DNA of 64,000 nucleotides, from the NCBI RefSeq assembly GCF_026571515.1, contig NW_026861034.1:1-64000 (forward strand), read 5' to 3'. The notes under the pieces were generated by a model. It was not told where the DNA came from and did not search any database. It saw nothing but the letters and a program-made list of their open reading frames with translations. The position numbers and the translations under genes are program-made. Positions 13,197-27,452 of the stretch are shown here, piece after piece; position 1 is the stretch's first letter; every line of letters begins with the position of its first letter. Source of the stretch: Ruditapes philippinarum (Eukaryota).

Positions 13197-14491
13197 GATG
13201 CATTTAGATGCGTTTATAAAGTCAGTCACGCATATAAGTTATCACTCTATGCCGAATGTGATAAGAAGAACCGCACAAGGCGATGTAGCGTAATACATTT
13301 AACAATAACGAATCAATGCTTTACAAGAAAGTAACAAGAAAAGCATTGATGCAAAGCATCAAAGGGCGTCCAAGCAAGAAATGCAGCAAGTGAAGATGAA
13401 CTAGTAGACATATGATGACAAGATATTCTTATAAACTTTTCAATGGTTTTTACCAGAATTGTATATCACTTATGAATGAGCGGACGAAAGACATTGTTCA
13501 TTATGAACTTTGATTGGCATGCTAGAGATTAGAATATTACTTGTTATTTCTTTATGACCGTGGTTCTTAATAGCAATGGATTTTGTGTGTTTGCGTTTGT
13601 TTACCCTCGCCACTGGAAAGAGACCATATGGGCGAGCAACGGATATACATGTATACAATCATTTATAATCCATATGTGTAACGCATGATCAACACCACAC
13701 TTGTGTAATTGTCCCTTATTTTGTTATCGCTATTAGCGAAGACTCCCTCTTAAGGTATCTATTCACACTTAGTAAAAATATGGCACTGGTTATATTACCA
13801 TGTTGATCTTGTTGAGCATAATTGTTTATTATACAATAATTGTAATATCTATTAATTTTGATAAAAACAATTACAGATTTTATGAAAATTGTTTTCTTTT
13901 CTTTTTTGTGTTTTATGTGCTATTTTATGTTTACATACTTTTTTTAATTTAAATTGTAAAATAAATTTTAAGAATTCAATTGTCATATTGACCGACGATT
14001 ATAAGTAAAAAATTAACTGGAAAAAGTCAGTAAATAATGGTTTATCTTTCAATATATAATATTGTTTATTCTTATATTCTTAAACCATGCACATTTTTAT
14101 TTTTCTTTATCATTTTTTTAAATTATCAATCAATTGAATAATTCATAAAATCTAATTTGTAACTTTGAATAATTCCTCGGCATCTTTACTAACCACAAAT
14201 AAAAAATTAAATAAAATGTTTCAAAGTTGATAGTGTCGTATTAATACCATAAAAATGTACCTTTTTTCTCAATTATTGTACATATTTATTGTTTTTATCT
14301 CATAAAGATAAAATGAAACATGCTATTGTTGTTGTTCTTGTTGTTTTTTTTTCGAATTGTATGTTTATGTATAAAAATAATCAATAAATTTGAGAGTTGA
14401 TCTGTGTTCATTAATTATTGTAACCAAATTAACTGACAAACATTCATTTTGGAAAAAAAGCTTATTTATCTGTAAATTATTTGTTCTGTTC

Positions 14492-14935
14492 TGTAACGAT
14501 ATCAAACATCTACTCCAAAACCGGGAGAGACCGCACAATAAACGTGTGGTCACTAGTAAATCCCGGTCAAAATAGACCGGGAGAGACCGGGAGTTACCGA
14601 TAGGAGCACATCCCTCTATAAATAGATTTTCGGAATAATTAGGTCATCAACTCATCATTCTATTTACAGCTTTCGGATAAATGTACAACAATAACATACC
14701 ATAATAACCCACTGTGTAAATAAAAAAAACGAAGAGCGCGATTTATTGACGGAAAAGGTTATCTCATTTGAAAATGTTTGCAAGTTCATTGTACCACGGA
14801 TTAATTAATAATCAAGAATCGGAATGATCGGCTTTTATTATAACCGACTTAAAGGCTCGAGAAGTTGCTGTCGCCCTTTCACAAAATCTGATTTCATTCC
14901 ATAAAGGGGCGCCGCGCTTCGGCGCGGCCGCCAAT
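14492..14935. mobile_element. Unclassified element ending in a GC-rich hairpin (Helitron-like terminus)
   Basis: GGCGCCGCGC-TTCG-GCGCGGCCGCC at ~14909-14933 and CCGGGAGAGACCG repeats. The segment is absent from duplication copy 2. Confidence 0.4.
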
Positions 14936-16289
14936 AAACCTAGTCCTGAAATAATTTCAGACTAATTCTATTTATCTTAATTGGCATCCGAGACACTCGA
15001 GCTCCATGTCTTTTTTTTGTATTAAATGCTTCATTAACCGTCTACCAATGTCATTCACTTGAACATCGGAGTATAATGCTCTGAAAAGAAACCAGCCTAA
15101 CTCAAATATATGAAAATTCTGTACAACTTAACACATACATATTTTTTAATCAAATGGGAAGTAACAGATACGCGTATAACATACTTTGTGTGAAAATTAT
15201 CATTATTTTAAGTTATAAAGAATTAAAGTGACATAAAACAACCATGTTAGTAATACGTCTTAGAACTTAAAATACTAGTTTTACTTTATCATTATTTATA
15301 AGCCCACTTCAGAAACTACATGGTAGACATTTTTGATCAATGAAGAACAGTTACTTAGTGTGTTTACTTTGTGATCAAAGTTTAAACATTTATCATTGAT
15401 AGTGCAGTGGGTTACACTTATTACGTTCTTTTCTTTCCTAACATGTTTTACATTTATCAGTCTTGCAATTATTTAAGACAAGAGCATAAACCTGAGTAGT
15501 ATTCCGTAAGCTTGCAGGCTAGCTCTTTAAATAATAAATTTAAATTCCCTGATTCATTTAAGTACATTTACAGCAGGTTAAAATAAAACAATATTACATT
15601 AATGCTTATAATATTACATCATATAATATGTCAGCATAATTTATAAACATTTTATTGTGTATTTTCCTATATACTTGTAACACTCTTTAGGAAAAAGCAA
15701 TTTCGAATTACATGTTTGTTGTAGCGTATAAACAATCAGACAATCAGTATGTTGGAGTTGATAAATGATGTAGTTGAACATTTAAAAAGCTAAAAGAAAA
15801 TATCAAAAATATCATATTGTTTGTTTTACGTTTTACAATATCAGACATAAATTAACTATTTTAAAGTTTCATTCTTGATTGCAAAGAAGTTGGTTGCAAT
15901 ATGCAACGTTATAATCAGAGAATTCGTAATTGACAACATAATACGTCGCATTGATTATCAATCTATTCAATAAGGTTTGAGTGTTTTTACAGCTCTCAGA
16001 CATTACAAAGTGCTCTTATAATGACCATACTATAGTGAAATGTCTTTCTCTGCTAGAGCCAATATGGTCAGAGTCGTTCACATTTGTTAACTGACAATTA
16101 GATTTTTATCTTCATGATGCTTACATTCAATTTTGGCAATAATTAAAAGTGCTTCAATTGTATTCAATATACGGGACTTTAATACGAGTAAGTATGAACT
16201 GGGAACAAAGTTTTTACGAAATTCAACGTAACTTTTGTGCGTAATGATTTTGCATAAATTGATCAGCTTACACACTACGAGTACATGGT

Positions 16290-16740
16290 CAAAAGACGAA
16301 GGTCATACAAAGATATTATTATCTTGGGTGTTAAAATGACCACTGAACTTTAACAAACACAGTTTACGTCAGCAGCAGGTCAAATTGTAATTTTATGAGC
16401 AGCGTTAACATGGCAAAAGTGTTTGACCACAAAACCCTAGCTATTAGTAATGTAGTTTGTGGTGTGCAAGTATTGAATTGACATTGTACAGCTTAGAAAT
16501 GGTCAACCGGTCGCTATTATTCGCGACACAACGTTCAACCTTTGATTCTAAATGACAGGCGCTAGGCTACTGATATTTAACAACTGGTTGCAGTACCAAC
16601 TCATTCTTACTTTATACCACCTACCAGGATTGGTAACGAAAAATTTCAGTTTCAGCTTCCAAACTCTCCAATTGAGACAAAAGTTACTAAATAATGCCAT
16701 AATGTTTGTGAAGATATGAAATGTTAACCTATTTACTATA
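16290..16740 (+). pseudogene. Ancient CR1-type LINE ORF2 C-terminal relic (paralog ~23880-24350)
   Basis: Remnants across the two paralogs read LGVKMTTEL, YKTL, IDIVQ, INRLVAV, in the order expected for CR1-like ORF2. Many stops and frameshifts. Confidence 0.45.
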
Positions 16741-17969
16741 TATTTCATCTAAGTTTGTATTAATACAATTTTGTACGGCATTTCTTTCTTATGACTTTAA
16801 TTCAGTGCGCCATGATATGAGCAAACATATTGCAGTAACAACTCATTATCATGTATATAAAATGTCATAATAATGCTTGTAACACATTCTCCTGTTTCCC
16901 GTGTTCTTGTAGATTTAATATTATTATTATTGAACGCAGTTTCATTTTACTATTGCACGTTATTAGATAATTAGAGAAATAATTATTTAATTGACAGACA
17001 TTTCAAGAATTTTAATTCTGCTAAGATGTTGTTTAATGAAAATCTACAGACAAACAAGATATATTAATCTGTTTTTAAGCAGTCTCATCCCAATTATTTC
17101 CTTTGTTTTGCACTAATGACCAGATATATGTAATTGAGGTGATTTATATGTCTGATGCAACATGATATTAAGTAGCAATGTATTCTATAAGATGTTAATT
17201 AAATAGAATAGGCAATTGTTTATTAGATAATTAAGAACAACAGGTGAAAACTATCAGCACAAAGAAATAAGTATTGCTAAACCTTAGTTTTCAAGATGCT
17301 CGCATTAAGGAAGCATACAAAACTGTCACCATTTATCATTCTGAGTGTTGAATGAGCTTTAAGTGCAATTATGTAGCCAGACATTGCTCTTTACACTCTC
17401 TTGATATTTCCGATGTGACCCCTGTTGACAGGTTCATTGACATTTAATATGCAATGCTAAATCCTATACTGAGGACGATAACGTCTTATTTAGACTCTTT
17501 AAAGTCTATCTTTACTGATTGGCTTTAAAAGAAATATCTTATAGAACTGCAATTGTTAACATTGGCAAAAATGTGTCGCAAACGGCAAGTATTAATTGCA
17601 CATCTAAATTAATACTCAAAATTAGTTTTTGTGTTCTTAATAAGGCTCAATGCATTCTGGCTATTTAGTGCTTAAAATGAAATAAGAAATAAGGGGTGTT
17701 TTTCAATTATTTTGTGAACATAAAATGTAATGAATATCTTACTCTGAAAGAGTGAAATTAATGGAAAAAGTAAGATTTGCTTAATTTATTTTGTTTTTAA
17801 TTAAGTTAACTTAACTAAAACAAAACACACGTACGGATGGCAGTCGGTAACTCCAAGCACCGTTTGGGAGGTATTATCACACAAGTTTCTTTTACATACA
17901 AGGTAAAGAAACTCGCGTAAGGTTTAAAACCTTAATGTTTTTTCCGGTATTGCATCTGTTGATACAGTC

Positions 17970-18223
17970 TTCATTGAAGATACGTGTCGCATTGAAGGTT
18001 CCATGATAACCGCCATATGAACACATCTGCGGATGTTTCAAAATTCTAAAATTTTACCATTTCATGTTAAATGTTGAATTCTGCTTAAGCCGGTGCTAGG
18101 GGTCGTGGACGGTAACTTGCACTTTCCAGTACCGTCCATGAACAGGCTCAATCAAACCGAGCCTGCAAATTTTTTCAATTTTGCCGTGTTGGGCTTTCTT
18201 TAGGGATTCTGTATTTATCTATT
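17970..18223 (-). mobile_element. Family A copy A2 (truncated), empty site in duplication copy 2
   Basis: The paralog reads cagtcTTCAaaggg (~25596-25609). Here TTCA flanks the insert at 17970-17973 and 18224-18227. Confidence 0.88.
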
Positions 18224-20850
18224 TTCAAAGGGACATATCATCAAAATGTTATGATTAAACATCATGTTCTTCCTGATGAATTAATTAAGTACAGGTTTAC
18301 AATCAAATTTGTCATAAATTATATGCTACATGTGCTTTCTGTCTGCTAAAATATTGTGTACAAGTTGTACAATCAAAAGTTACCTCGTCGAATGAATTTT
18401 AAACGTACTTTCTTTATAACGAATAAATTGCGTTCTAAGAATGACGTCATTTCACCGTTAGGAATGAATTTGTATATTTATATGCTTACATAAGATGGCA
18501 ACTGAGGAAATGATGTTATTCCATTACAAGTTAATTAAATGAGGTAACCAATTTATAGTATGAAAGAAGATACAATACAAATTATCTGAGGTATTATCGG
18601 TATGCATCAGAATATCCGTCTCTCGGGTACATGAGATAGGGCAGGAGTTAAACTACATACCCTGTCATGTCTCTCATTAAGTATTGTATCTCAGTGTGAC
18701 GTACATATACACAGTGAGAAATAACTAAAGATTGTACAGCGTAGAGCTGGCCGATGTATCGCCAAACCTCACACACTAATGCCCTCTTACGTTGTACCAC
18801 CTACAAGGCTAAATAAATGTATCGTCTTTCCTGTAAAAACATCACATATTCTACCAATAAATCTTTACACTTTGTTAATATTTGTTAGCTGACATTCCAT
18901 TGCCATTGTCTCTCATTAAGTAACTCAATCAAAACGAGTCTGTAATTTTCACTATTAAAGTGTTTTCCCCTACCTATATGTACATAAGTTCTTTATTTGA
19001 AATAGTGTTGCTGTTTTCACTGCTTCCGATGGATCATCACTTTTTCCAGATTGTTTTACTTCATAAAAACAAGTAAATACACTTTGTTGTTGCCTAAATT
19101 ATTAACTGAAGATACTTTTGTCATAATTATGAATATAAGCTGTAAACAATACGCCTATTTTCTTATTTCCTATTTTGCCTAAATAAAGAAGGGTATTAGA
19201 GAAATGTTTGTTGAATAAACTTGGATGAACATAAATTGTAATTTAGCTTTAGTTGATGATAATTTACACACAAATCAAATAAAACCTCTAAAAGAAATTT
19301 TATTCCATTTATATCTTTTACTTAAGACACCCAAATCAGATATAAATTCGTTTGTTTAAAAGAAGTCTCATTCCATTTATTTCTTTATTTAACACTTATA
19401 ATCAGATTTAACGACATTATTGATTCGATGTCTTGTCTGAGGCAACATGTTATTAAGTAACAGTGCATTTTGTAAGATTTTAATTGAATAGAAAGGACAC
19501 ATGTGAAGAGATCAAAATTAAGAACAATAAATTTGCTTAATAGTCTAGATAATACTCCCACGTTGTTCATTAAACAGAACATCGATGGGTTTTACTTATA
19601 TAGTCATTGTGCTGCCAATCTAGCCGGTGGTAAGCTACAATTCTATTTTAGAAATAATAAACAATGATTATAAAGAAAGACTTTTTCCGCCATAAATATT
19701 TTGTTAACTGTAACTGAATAATTGCTTGATAATTTAATTTTCTGCGAACAGAACAAGTAAACAGAATTTGTACTGTCTAGGAAACATTATAAACTGTCAA
19801 CATTTATCATTGAGACTGTTTAATGTGTTTGAAGTGCAATTATGTACCAAACAATATATGATAAACAAGATCAACAAGGAAAGGCGGTGTTCAAGACATT
19901 GCTCTTTAATCCCTCTTGATAAATTCAAAGTGACCTTCGATTCATTGAAATATGAAAATGCAATTTAATACCATTCAGACAGGGCGATCAACCTTTTCTT
20001 AGTTTTTTAATGTCAATTTTTGATGGTTTACTTTTACAAATATGTTCCCAATTGCCTTGTTTCATGAACACTATGATTATAACATACTTAATATTTATAA
20101 GTTTGAAAAATGGAGTAGAATTAAAGTTCTTTTGATATGTTCAAAGTGACATTCGTTGTATAAACATTTCTGTAATAAGTCGTGTTCCATGAATTTTATG
20201 TCCATAGCATACTAAAAGTTCATTAATATACAAAATTGGAAATTGAAACTAGAGAAAAAAGGGTACAATTAACATGATTAAATGTGATGAATACATTGTT
20301 TGTAAAATGAAAGTAAAATATATAAACTTGAAATGTGCTGAATATTTTTTTTAATTTGCGGTGATCTTAACCAAACTCCAATGTGGCATTCATGTTGCAG
20401 TCCGTTATTCAAAGGAACAAAACTTTACCACATTGTTTGGTCCCGCGAACCGAATGACGTTCAATTGGGAACTTTGAACTGATATCGTGAGGTGAAAATA
20501 TGTGCATGATCCTTGATAAAGTTCAGCAGCTTAGTGTTTTTCCAATTAAAACACATATTTAGAAACATTCTTTACAAATTGTAACAATTGAATTGGGATA
20601 ATAATTAGTGATATTAAAACGTTTGATATTCAGAAAATGCAATGAAATCAAACAATTTATTTATCTGTTTTGTAAGTGAAATGTCAAAATATTTAATATA
20701 TGACATTACGATAAACAAACTTTCCAGCTTTCTTACTGAACGTCGTCGGTTACTAATTATAAAAATGAAGGCTTTAGTTAATAGAATACTTTTAGTCGCA
20801 TATTGAATTTTTAATCTTACATTTTCGTCATGACAATTTTATGTATTATG

Positions 20851-22049
20851 TACGGTGGTCCGTTTGGGCAATCGTGATTTTTTATTCCGTCCCTACCCGC
20901 GATGAGTGATGATACGATTGTGAAAACGAGATGGTACGATGACACGGTGATGAAAACACGATAGGGCGATGGTGAAAACACGATGATACGATGGTTAAAT
21001 CGCGATGTCGCGATGGTACGATGTTTTAACGCGATGTTTTAACGCGTTTTCACCATCGTACACTCGCGTTTGCACCGTCGTACCATCGCGTTTCCACCAT
21101 CGTACCATCGCGCCATCGTGCTTTCACCATCGTGCCATCGCGCTTTCAACATCGTACCATCGCGTTTTTACCATCGCGCCATCGCGCTTTCCCCATCGTA
21201 CCACCGCGTTTTCACAATCGTACCATCGCGATTTCACCATCGTACCATAGTGTTTTCATCATTGTGCCATCGCGTTTTCACCATCGTACCATCACGATTT
21301 AACCATCGTGCCATCGCGCCATCGTACCATTGCCTTTCGGTCAGTATGACAAGTGCTCATACAGAAAGATGTCAGATTCTAATACGGCAGATAGTAAAAG
21401 GAAGTTTAGAATACTTACTTATTAATTCGAGTTATAAATAATAAAACCTGTTCTACTATACATTTCCACTTATGTCATTATACTATATATAGATCAAACA
21501 TTATTTAATATATGTTTATATACATATACGCTTAATATATAATTGAATTTTTTCTTTTGCTGTATTAAATATATCAACTTGAACCTTTTATGTACAGGGC
21601 ACAAGGATGACAACTTCAATGTTTTAAATTTTTGAGCGATGGTCTTTTGTTATTTTTCATGTTTTAAATACTAAGATCTCAAAGATACGCAAAAAATGGG
21701 TGCGGGGTTAAATAATCAGAAGGCATACATTGTTGATAAAAATGTACCATTGCGCATGACTACCGGAAGACGATGGCACGATGTTGAAACGCGATTGTAC
21801 GATGGAGAAAAGGCGATGGCACGATGGTGAAATCGCGATAGCACGATGGTGAAAACGCGATGTAACATCGTGTTTTCACCATTGTGCTATCGTGCCATCG
21901 CGATTTCACCATGGTACCATCGCGTTTTCATTATCATACCATCGTGTTTTTCACCATCGTACAATCGTGCCATCTTGATTTAACCATCGTACCATCGCTT
22001 ATCGCGGGTACTAAATAAAAAATCACGATTGTCCAAACGGAACACCATA
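20851..22049. mobile_element. Non-autonomous IS3EU-type DNA transposon with ~21-bp minisatellite arrays
   Basis: Terminal inverted repeats (TIRs) TACGGTGGTCCGTTTGGGCAATCGTGATTTTT / AAAAATCACGATTGTCCAAACGGAACACCATA, and a 6-bp TSD ATTATG (20845-20850, 22050-22055). TAY..RTA ends with a 6-bp TSD fit IS3EU. Confidence 0.8.
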
Positions 22050-22608
22050 ATTATGTGTATCAAAAACAAACCTTGAATTTTCACACAATTATGTTTTGTT
22101 AATGCAGTGACGCATCAGCATGTTATATAAAAAAATACATCATTAAAAATTTCTTATTTACGGAAACTGATTATGAATAACTTTGACTTGTGTTTCTATA
22201 AATGCAATTAGATGTGTTTATATAGTAAATCACGACTTAAAAGGTTTAAGTTTATTACTCTGTTTCGAATGTGCATAAGGCGATGTAGCGTAATGCGTTT
22301 AACAATAACGAATCAATGCTTTACTAGAAAACTTATAAACCTTTAGTCCTGAAATAATTTCAGACTAATTCTATTTATCTTAATTGACATCCGAGACACT
22401 CCATGGCTTTTTTGTATGAAACGCTTCATTTACCGTCTACCAATGTCATTCACTTGCACATCGGAATATAATGCTCTGAAAAGAAACCAGCCTAACTCAA
22501 ATATATGAGAATCCTGTACAACTTAACACATACATCTTTTTTATCAAATGGGAAGTAACAGATACGCAATTGCGTATAACATATGTTGTGTGAAAATTAC
22601 CATTAATT

Positions 22609-22730
22609 GAGCCGCGTCACGACAAAACCAACATAGTAATTTTGCGACCAGCATGGATCCAGACCAGCCTGCGCTTCCGCTCAGTCGCTAGTCGCAAACG
22701 CACTATGCTGGTTTTGTAGTGACGCGGCTC
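22609..22730. mobile_element. Sola-type MITE (internally deleted)
   Basis: TIR GAGCCGCGTCAC / GTGACGCGGCTC, 4-bp TSD AATT, and an empty site at ~15205 in copy 1. Confidence 0.85.
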
Positions 22731-25700
22731 AATTTAAGTTAAATAGAATTTAAGTCAAATAAAACAACCATGTTAGTAATACGTCTTAGAACTTAAAATA
22801 CTTGTTTTACTTGATCATTATTTATTAGCCCACTTTAGAAACTACATGGTAGAAATGTTTGATCAATGAAAGAACAGTTACTTAGTGTGTTTACTTTGTA
22901 ATCAACGTTTAAACATTTATCATTGATAGTGCAGTGCTTACACTTATTACGTTCTTATCTTTTCCTAACATGTTTTACATTTATCAGTCTTGCAATTATT
23001 TAAGACAAGAGCAGAAACCTGAGTAGTATTCCGTAAACTGTCAGGCTAGCTTTGTTTTAAAAATAAATTTAAAGTCCCTGATTCATTTAAGTACATTTAC
23101 ACCAAGTTAAAATAAAACAATGTTACATTAATGCTTATTATATAAAAACATCATATAATATGTCAGCATAATTGATAAACATTTTATTGTGTTTTTTTCT
23201 TCTCATGTACTAGTAACAATCTTTAGGAAAAAGCAATTTCGAATTACATGTTTGTTGTAGCGTATAAACAATCAGACACTCATTATGTTGGAGTTGATAA
23301 ATGCTGTAGTTGAACATTTAAAAAGCAAAAAGAAAATATCAAAAAATATCATATTGTTTGTTTTACGTTTTGCAATATCAGACATAAATTAACTATTTTA
23401 AAGTTTCATTCTTGATTGCAAAGAAGTTGGTTGCAATATGCAAGGCTCAAATAGAGAATTCGTAATTGACAACATAAAACGTCGTATTAGTTATCAGTCT
23501 ATTCAATAAGGTTTAAGAGGTTTTACCGTTCTCAGACATTACAAAGTGCTCTTATAATGACCATAATATAGTGAAATGTCTCCTTGCTAGAGCCAATATG
23601 GTCAGTGTCATTCACATTTGCTTATTGACAATTAGATTTTCATCTTAATGATGCTTACATTTACTTTTGACAATAATTATTAGTGCTACAAATTTGGAAA
23701 TTATTCATTAAGCAGGACTTTAATTAATTGGTATGGACAGTTGGGAACAAAGTTCATACGAAATTCAACCCAACTTTTGTGCGCTATGATTTTGCATAAA
23801 TTGATCAAAACACTACTTACAACTTACTAACGAAATAAAGCAACGTCCACACTACGAGCACATGGTTCAAGAGAAACGAATGCTCATACAAATTACTAAC
23901 TTGGGTGTTAACATTACCAAACACAGGATGCATCAGCACCAAGTCAACCTGTAAATTTATGAGCAGCGTACTTTCAACAACATGGCAAAAGAGTTTGACT
24001 ACAAAACTCTAGCTATAATTTCTGTTGTTCAGTGTAGCGTGCACATGCACAGTATGAAATTGACATAGTACAGCTAAGAACTGGCAAATTGGTCGCTAAT
24101 GAATATTTTCCAACATAACACTCATATTCATTTTTAGGGACTCATAAGGCAAAAACCTATGATACAGAAGGACAGACGCTAGGCCACTGATATTAATCGA
24201 CTGGTTGCAGTACTAATTCTTTCTTACGATTTACCCCCTTACAGGCTTGCTAACGATATATCACCATTTTTCAATTTCTAAAAACTCCATTTAAGACAAT
24301 AGTTACTAAATAATGTCATAATTTCTTAGAAGATATGAAATGTTAACCTATTTACTGTATATTTCATTTTATGTTTGTATTAATACAATTTTGTAGAGTA
24401 TTTCTTTCTTTATGATTTTATTTCAGTGTGCCATGATATGAGCAAACAATTCATTATCATGTATATATTAGTCATAATTATGCATATAAAACTTTCCCCT
24501 GTTTCCCGAGTTCTTGTGTAGAATCAATATCATTATTGAACGAAGTTTCATTTTACTATCACACGAGAATAAGAGAAATAATTATTTAATTGACAGACAC
24601 TTCAAGAATCTTTATTCTGCTAAGATGTTGTTTAATGAAAATCTCCAGACAAACAAGATATATAAATCTGCTTTAGAGTAGTCTCATCCCAATTATTTCC
24701 TTTGTTTTACACTAATGACCAGATATATGTAATTGAAGTGACTTATGTGTCTGATGCAACATTTAATATAGTAACAATGTATTTTTAATTATAAGATATT
24801 TATTAAATAGACCGAGTAACAATGTATTTTTAATTATAAGATATTTATTAGATAGAACGGGCACTTGTTTATTAGAAAATTTAGAACAACAGGTGAAAAC
24901 TATCATCATAAAGAAATCAGTATTGCTAAACCTCAGTTTACAAGATGCTCGCATTAAGGAAGCATACAAAACTGTCACCATTTATCATTAAGACTGTTGA
25001 TTGAGCTTAAAGTGCAATTATGTAGCCAGACATTGCTCTTTACACTCTCCTGATATTTCCGAAGTGACCCCTGTTGACAGGTCATTGACATTGAATAGGC
25101 AATGTGAAATTCTATACCGAGGACGATAACGTCTTATTTAGACTGTTTAAGTCTTTCTTTACTGACTGGCTTTTTAAATATATATCTTATAGAACTCCAA
25201 TTGTTAGCATTGGCAAAAATGTGTCGCAAACGGCAAGTATTAATTGCTCATCTATATTAATACTCAAAATTAGTTTTTGTGTTCTTAATAAGGTTCAATA
25301 CATACTGGCTATTTAGTGCTTATAATGAAATAAGAAATAAGGGGTGTTTTTCAATTATTTCGTGAACATAAATTGTAAAGAATATCTTACTCTGAAAGAG
25401 TGAAATTAATGGAATAATCAAAAAGTAAGATTTGCTTAATTTATTTTGTTTTTAATTAATGGCAGTCGTTAACTCCAAGCAGCGTTTGGGAGGTATTATC
25501 ACTTTTACACACAAGGTAAAAAAATTCCCTCTCGTATTGTGAACTCGCGTAATGTTTAAAACCTTAATGTTGTTCCGGTATTGCATCTGTTGTTACAGTC
25601 TTCAAAGGGACATATCATCACAATCTTATGACTGAACATCATGCTCTTCCTGATGATTAAGTTTAGTACAGGTTTACAATCGAATTTTTCATAAATTATA

Positions 25701-26103
25701 TGCTACATGTGCTTTCTGCATGCTAAAATATTGTGTACAACTAGTACAATCAAAAGTTACCTCGTTCGAATGAATTTTAAACGTACTTTCTTATAATCAA
25801 TAAATTGCGTTCTAAGAATGACGTCATTTCACCGTTGAGAATGAATTTGTATATTTATATGCTTACATAAGATGGCAACCGAGGAAATGATGTTATTTTC
25901 CATTACAAGTTAATTAAATGAGGTAAACAATTTATAGTGTTGTAGAAGAATATGCAATACAACGTAGCTGAGGTACATGTATTATCGGTACACATCAGAA
26001 TATCCGTCTCTCGGGTACATGGCCAGGGGCAGGAGTTTAACTATATACCCTGTCATGTCTCTACTCAATGTGACGTATATATACACAGTATGAATTAACT
26101 TAA

Positions 26104-27452
26104 AGCCACTGACCTCCAGATGGTAAAATGAAAAAAAAAATGAAATAAAATTTCAAGTAAACAGTAAATACTGATCTAGTTAGGTTTATTGTATAAATCC
26201 ATCATCACTGACACCTTAATTCAAGAAAGAATGTTGACAAAAGCGTTAATTTATCGGGTTTTTCTTTTCCATAATCTACTACGTTACTAACGCAGTAGCA
26301 ACTATAAATAGGAGAAGATAATTCATTTAACGCGGTCACGTGTCACACCAGTGGTCCGGAAAAATCCCGGTATCCGGTATGCCCGGGATCGTTTATCAAT
26401 TTTCGTCATTGGGTAGGCCCCTATAACATTTCAAGCTAAAGGTTAAATCGATAAATTGGTCGTCATATATATGAAATAATTAATCAATTATAATATTTAG
26501 GGCCATGGATTACTACAAATATTAAGAGGATATTTTTTCGTTTTTCGTGAAATATGGAATATATTTTCACGAAACATGATAAAATGCCACATATTTTCAC
26601 GAGCCGGGACGGAGAGTGAAAATATGTGGCATTTTATCATGTTTCGTGAAAATATATTCCATATTTCACGAAAAACGAAAAAATAACCTTTTCATTTAAT
26701 TTCATTATCAAAGAAAAATGGTTACGAACCCCCTTGCTTGCTACGCAACTACAATTGTACAGCGTGCAGTAATATAATTATTTTCTTGTTTTGCACGCGA
26801 TATTTAGCGCTACATTGTGACGTCACGTAAACAACTCTTTTAACGTCTGTACAGCGTTAATATATGAATTAAAGATATTGGTGTTCGGATTAATTTTCTT
26901 AGTTAGACCATTTTCTATCAGTCTAGATAGTTTTCAAAACAAAATTCAACAAAAAGATTTTTGTATTTATCAGATTTTTCAAACAAAATGGCGAAAGAAG
27001 TCCTTTAAAATAAATATGAGTTTTGACTCCGCCCACTTTCATATTTATATTTCATATTTATTTCTAAAAAATATGAAATATATTTGACTGATATATCACC
27101 ATATTTCATGAGTAAAATTAAATAAAAAAACAAATTAAAGCAATTATTGGTATCCCTATATGTTTGATAAAATCCCGGATTCCGTGCGTTCCGGAGCACA
27201 GGTCGCGATATTGTCCTGTACGATCACGTGATAATAGAAAAAAACCCGGATGAAAGAATTCCGTGGTATAATAAAAGAAGGTTATTCCCGTTGGTGGAAA
27301 CGCGAACCGTTTGTTTTTAGAGAAATAATGTTAAAATATGAACATTTTGAAGTGTCATTTCGTTTTCTTTCAACAATATAATGTTTTTGAGGGGGGATTT
27401 TGAAATATTAGCAAGACGCAGTTTTTCTGCTATCTTCTGGAGGTCAGCTGCT
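26104..27452. mobile_element. Kolobok-type non-autonomous DNA transposon
   Basis: TTAA|AGCCACTGACCTCCAGA ... TCTGGAGGTCAGCTGCT|TTAA. Absent from copy 1 (~18725). Confidence 0.8.
26520..27125 (+). mobile_element. Palindrome-bearing (Crypton-like) non-autonomous element nested in the Kolobok MITE
   Basis: Near-perfect ~70-bp inverted arms (~26528-26688) around CGAGCCGGGACGGAGAG. Boundaries are approximate. Confidence 0.55.

Larger units (their letters stand above)
11489..20688 (+). repeat. Tandem segmental duplication, copy 1
   Basis: Collinear with 20689-29181: 11521~20703, 13277~22278, 14935~22336, continuing to 20690~29183. Confidence 0.9.

Noticed and set aside
21005-21441. Repetitive ORFs and a CRISPR-like appearance
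   Set aside because: These are contiguous degenerate minisatellite units with no unique spacers and no cas genes, inside a MITE.
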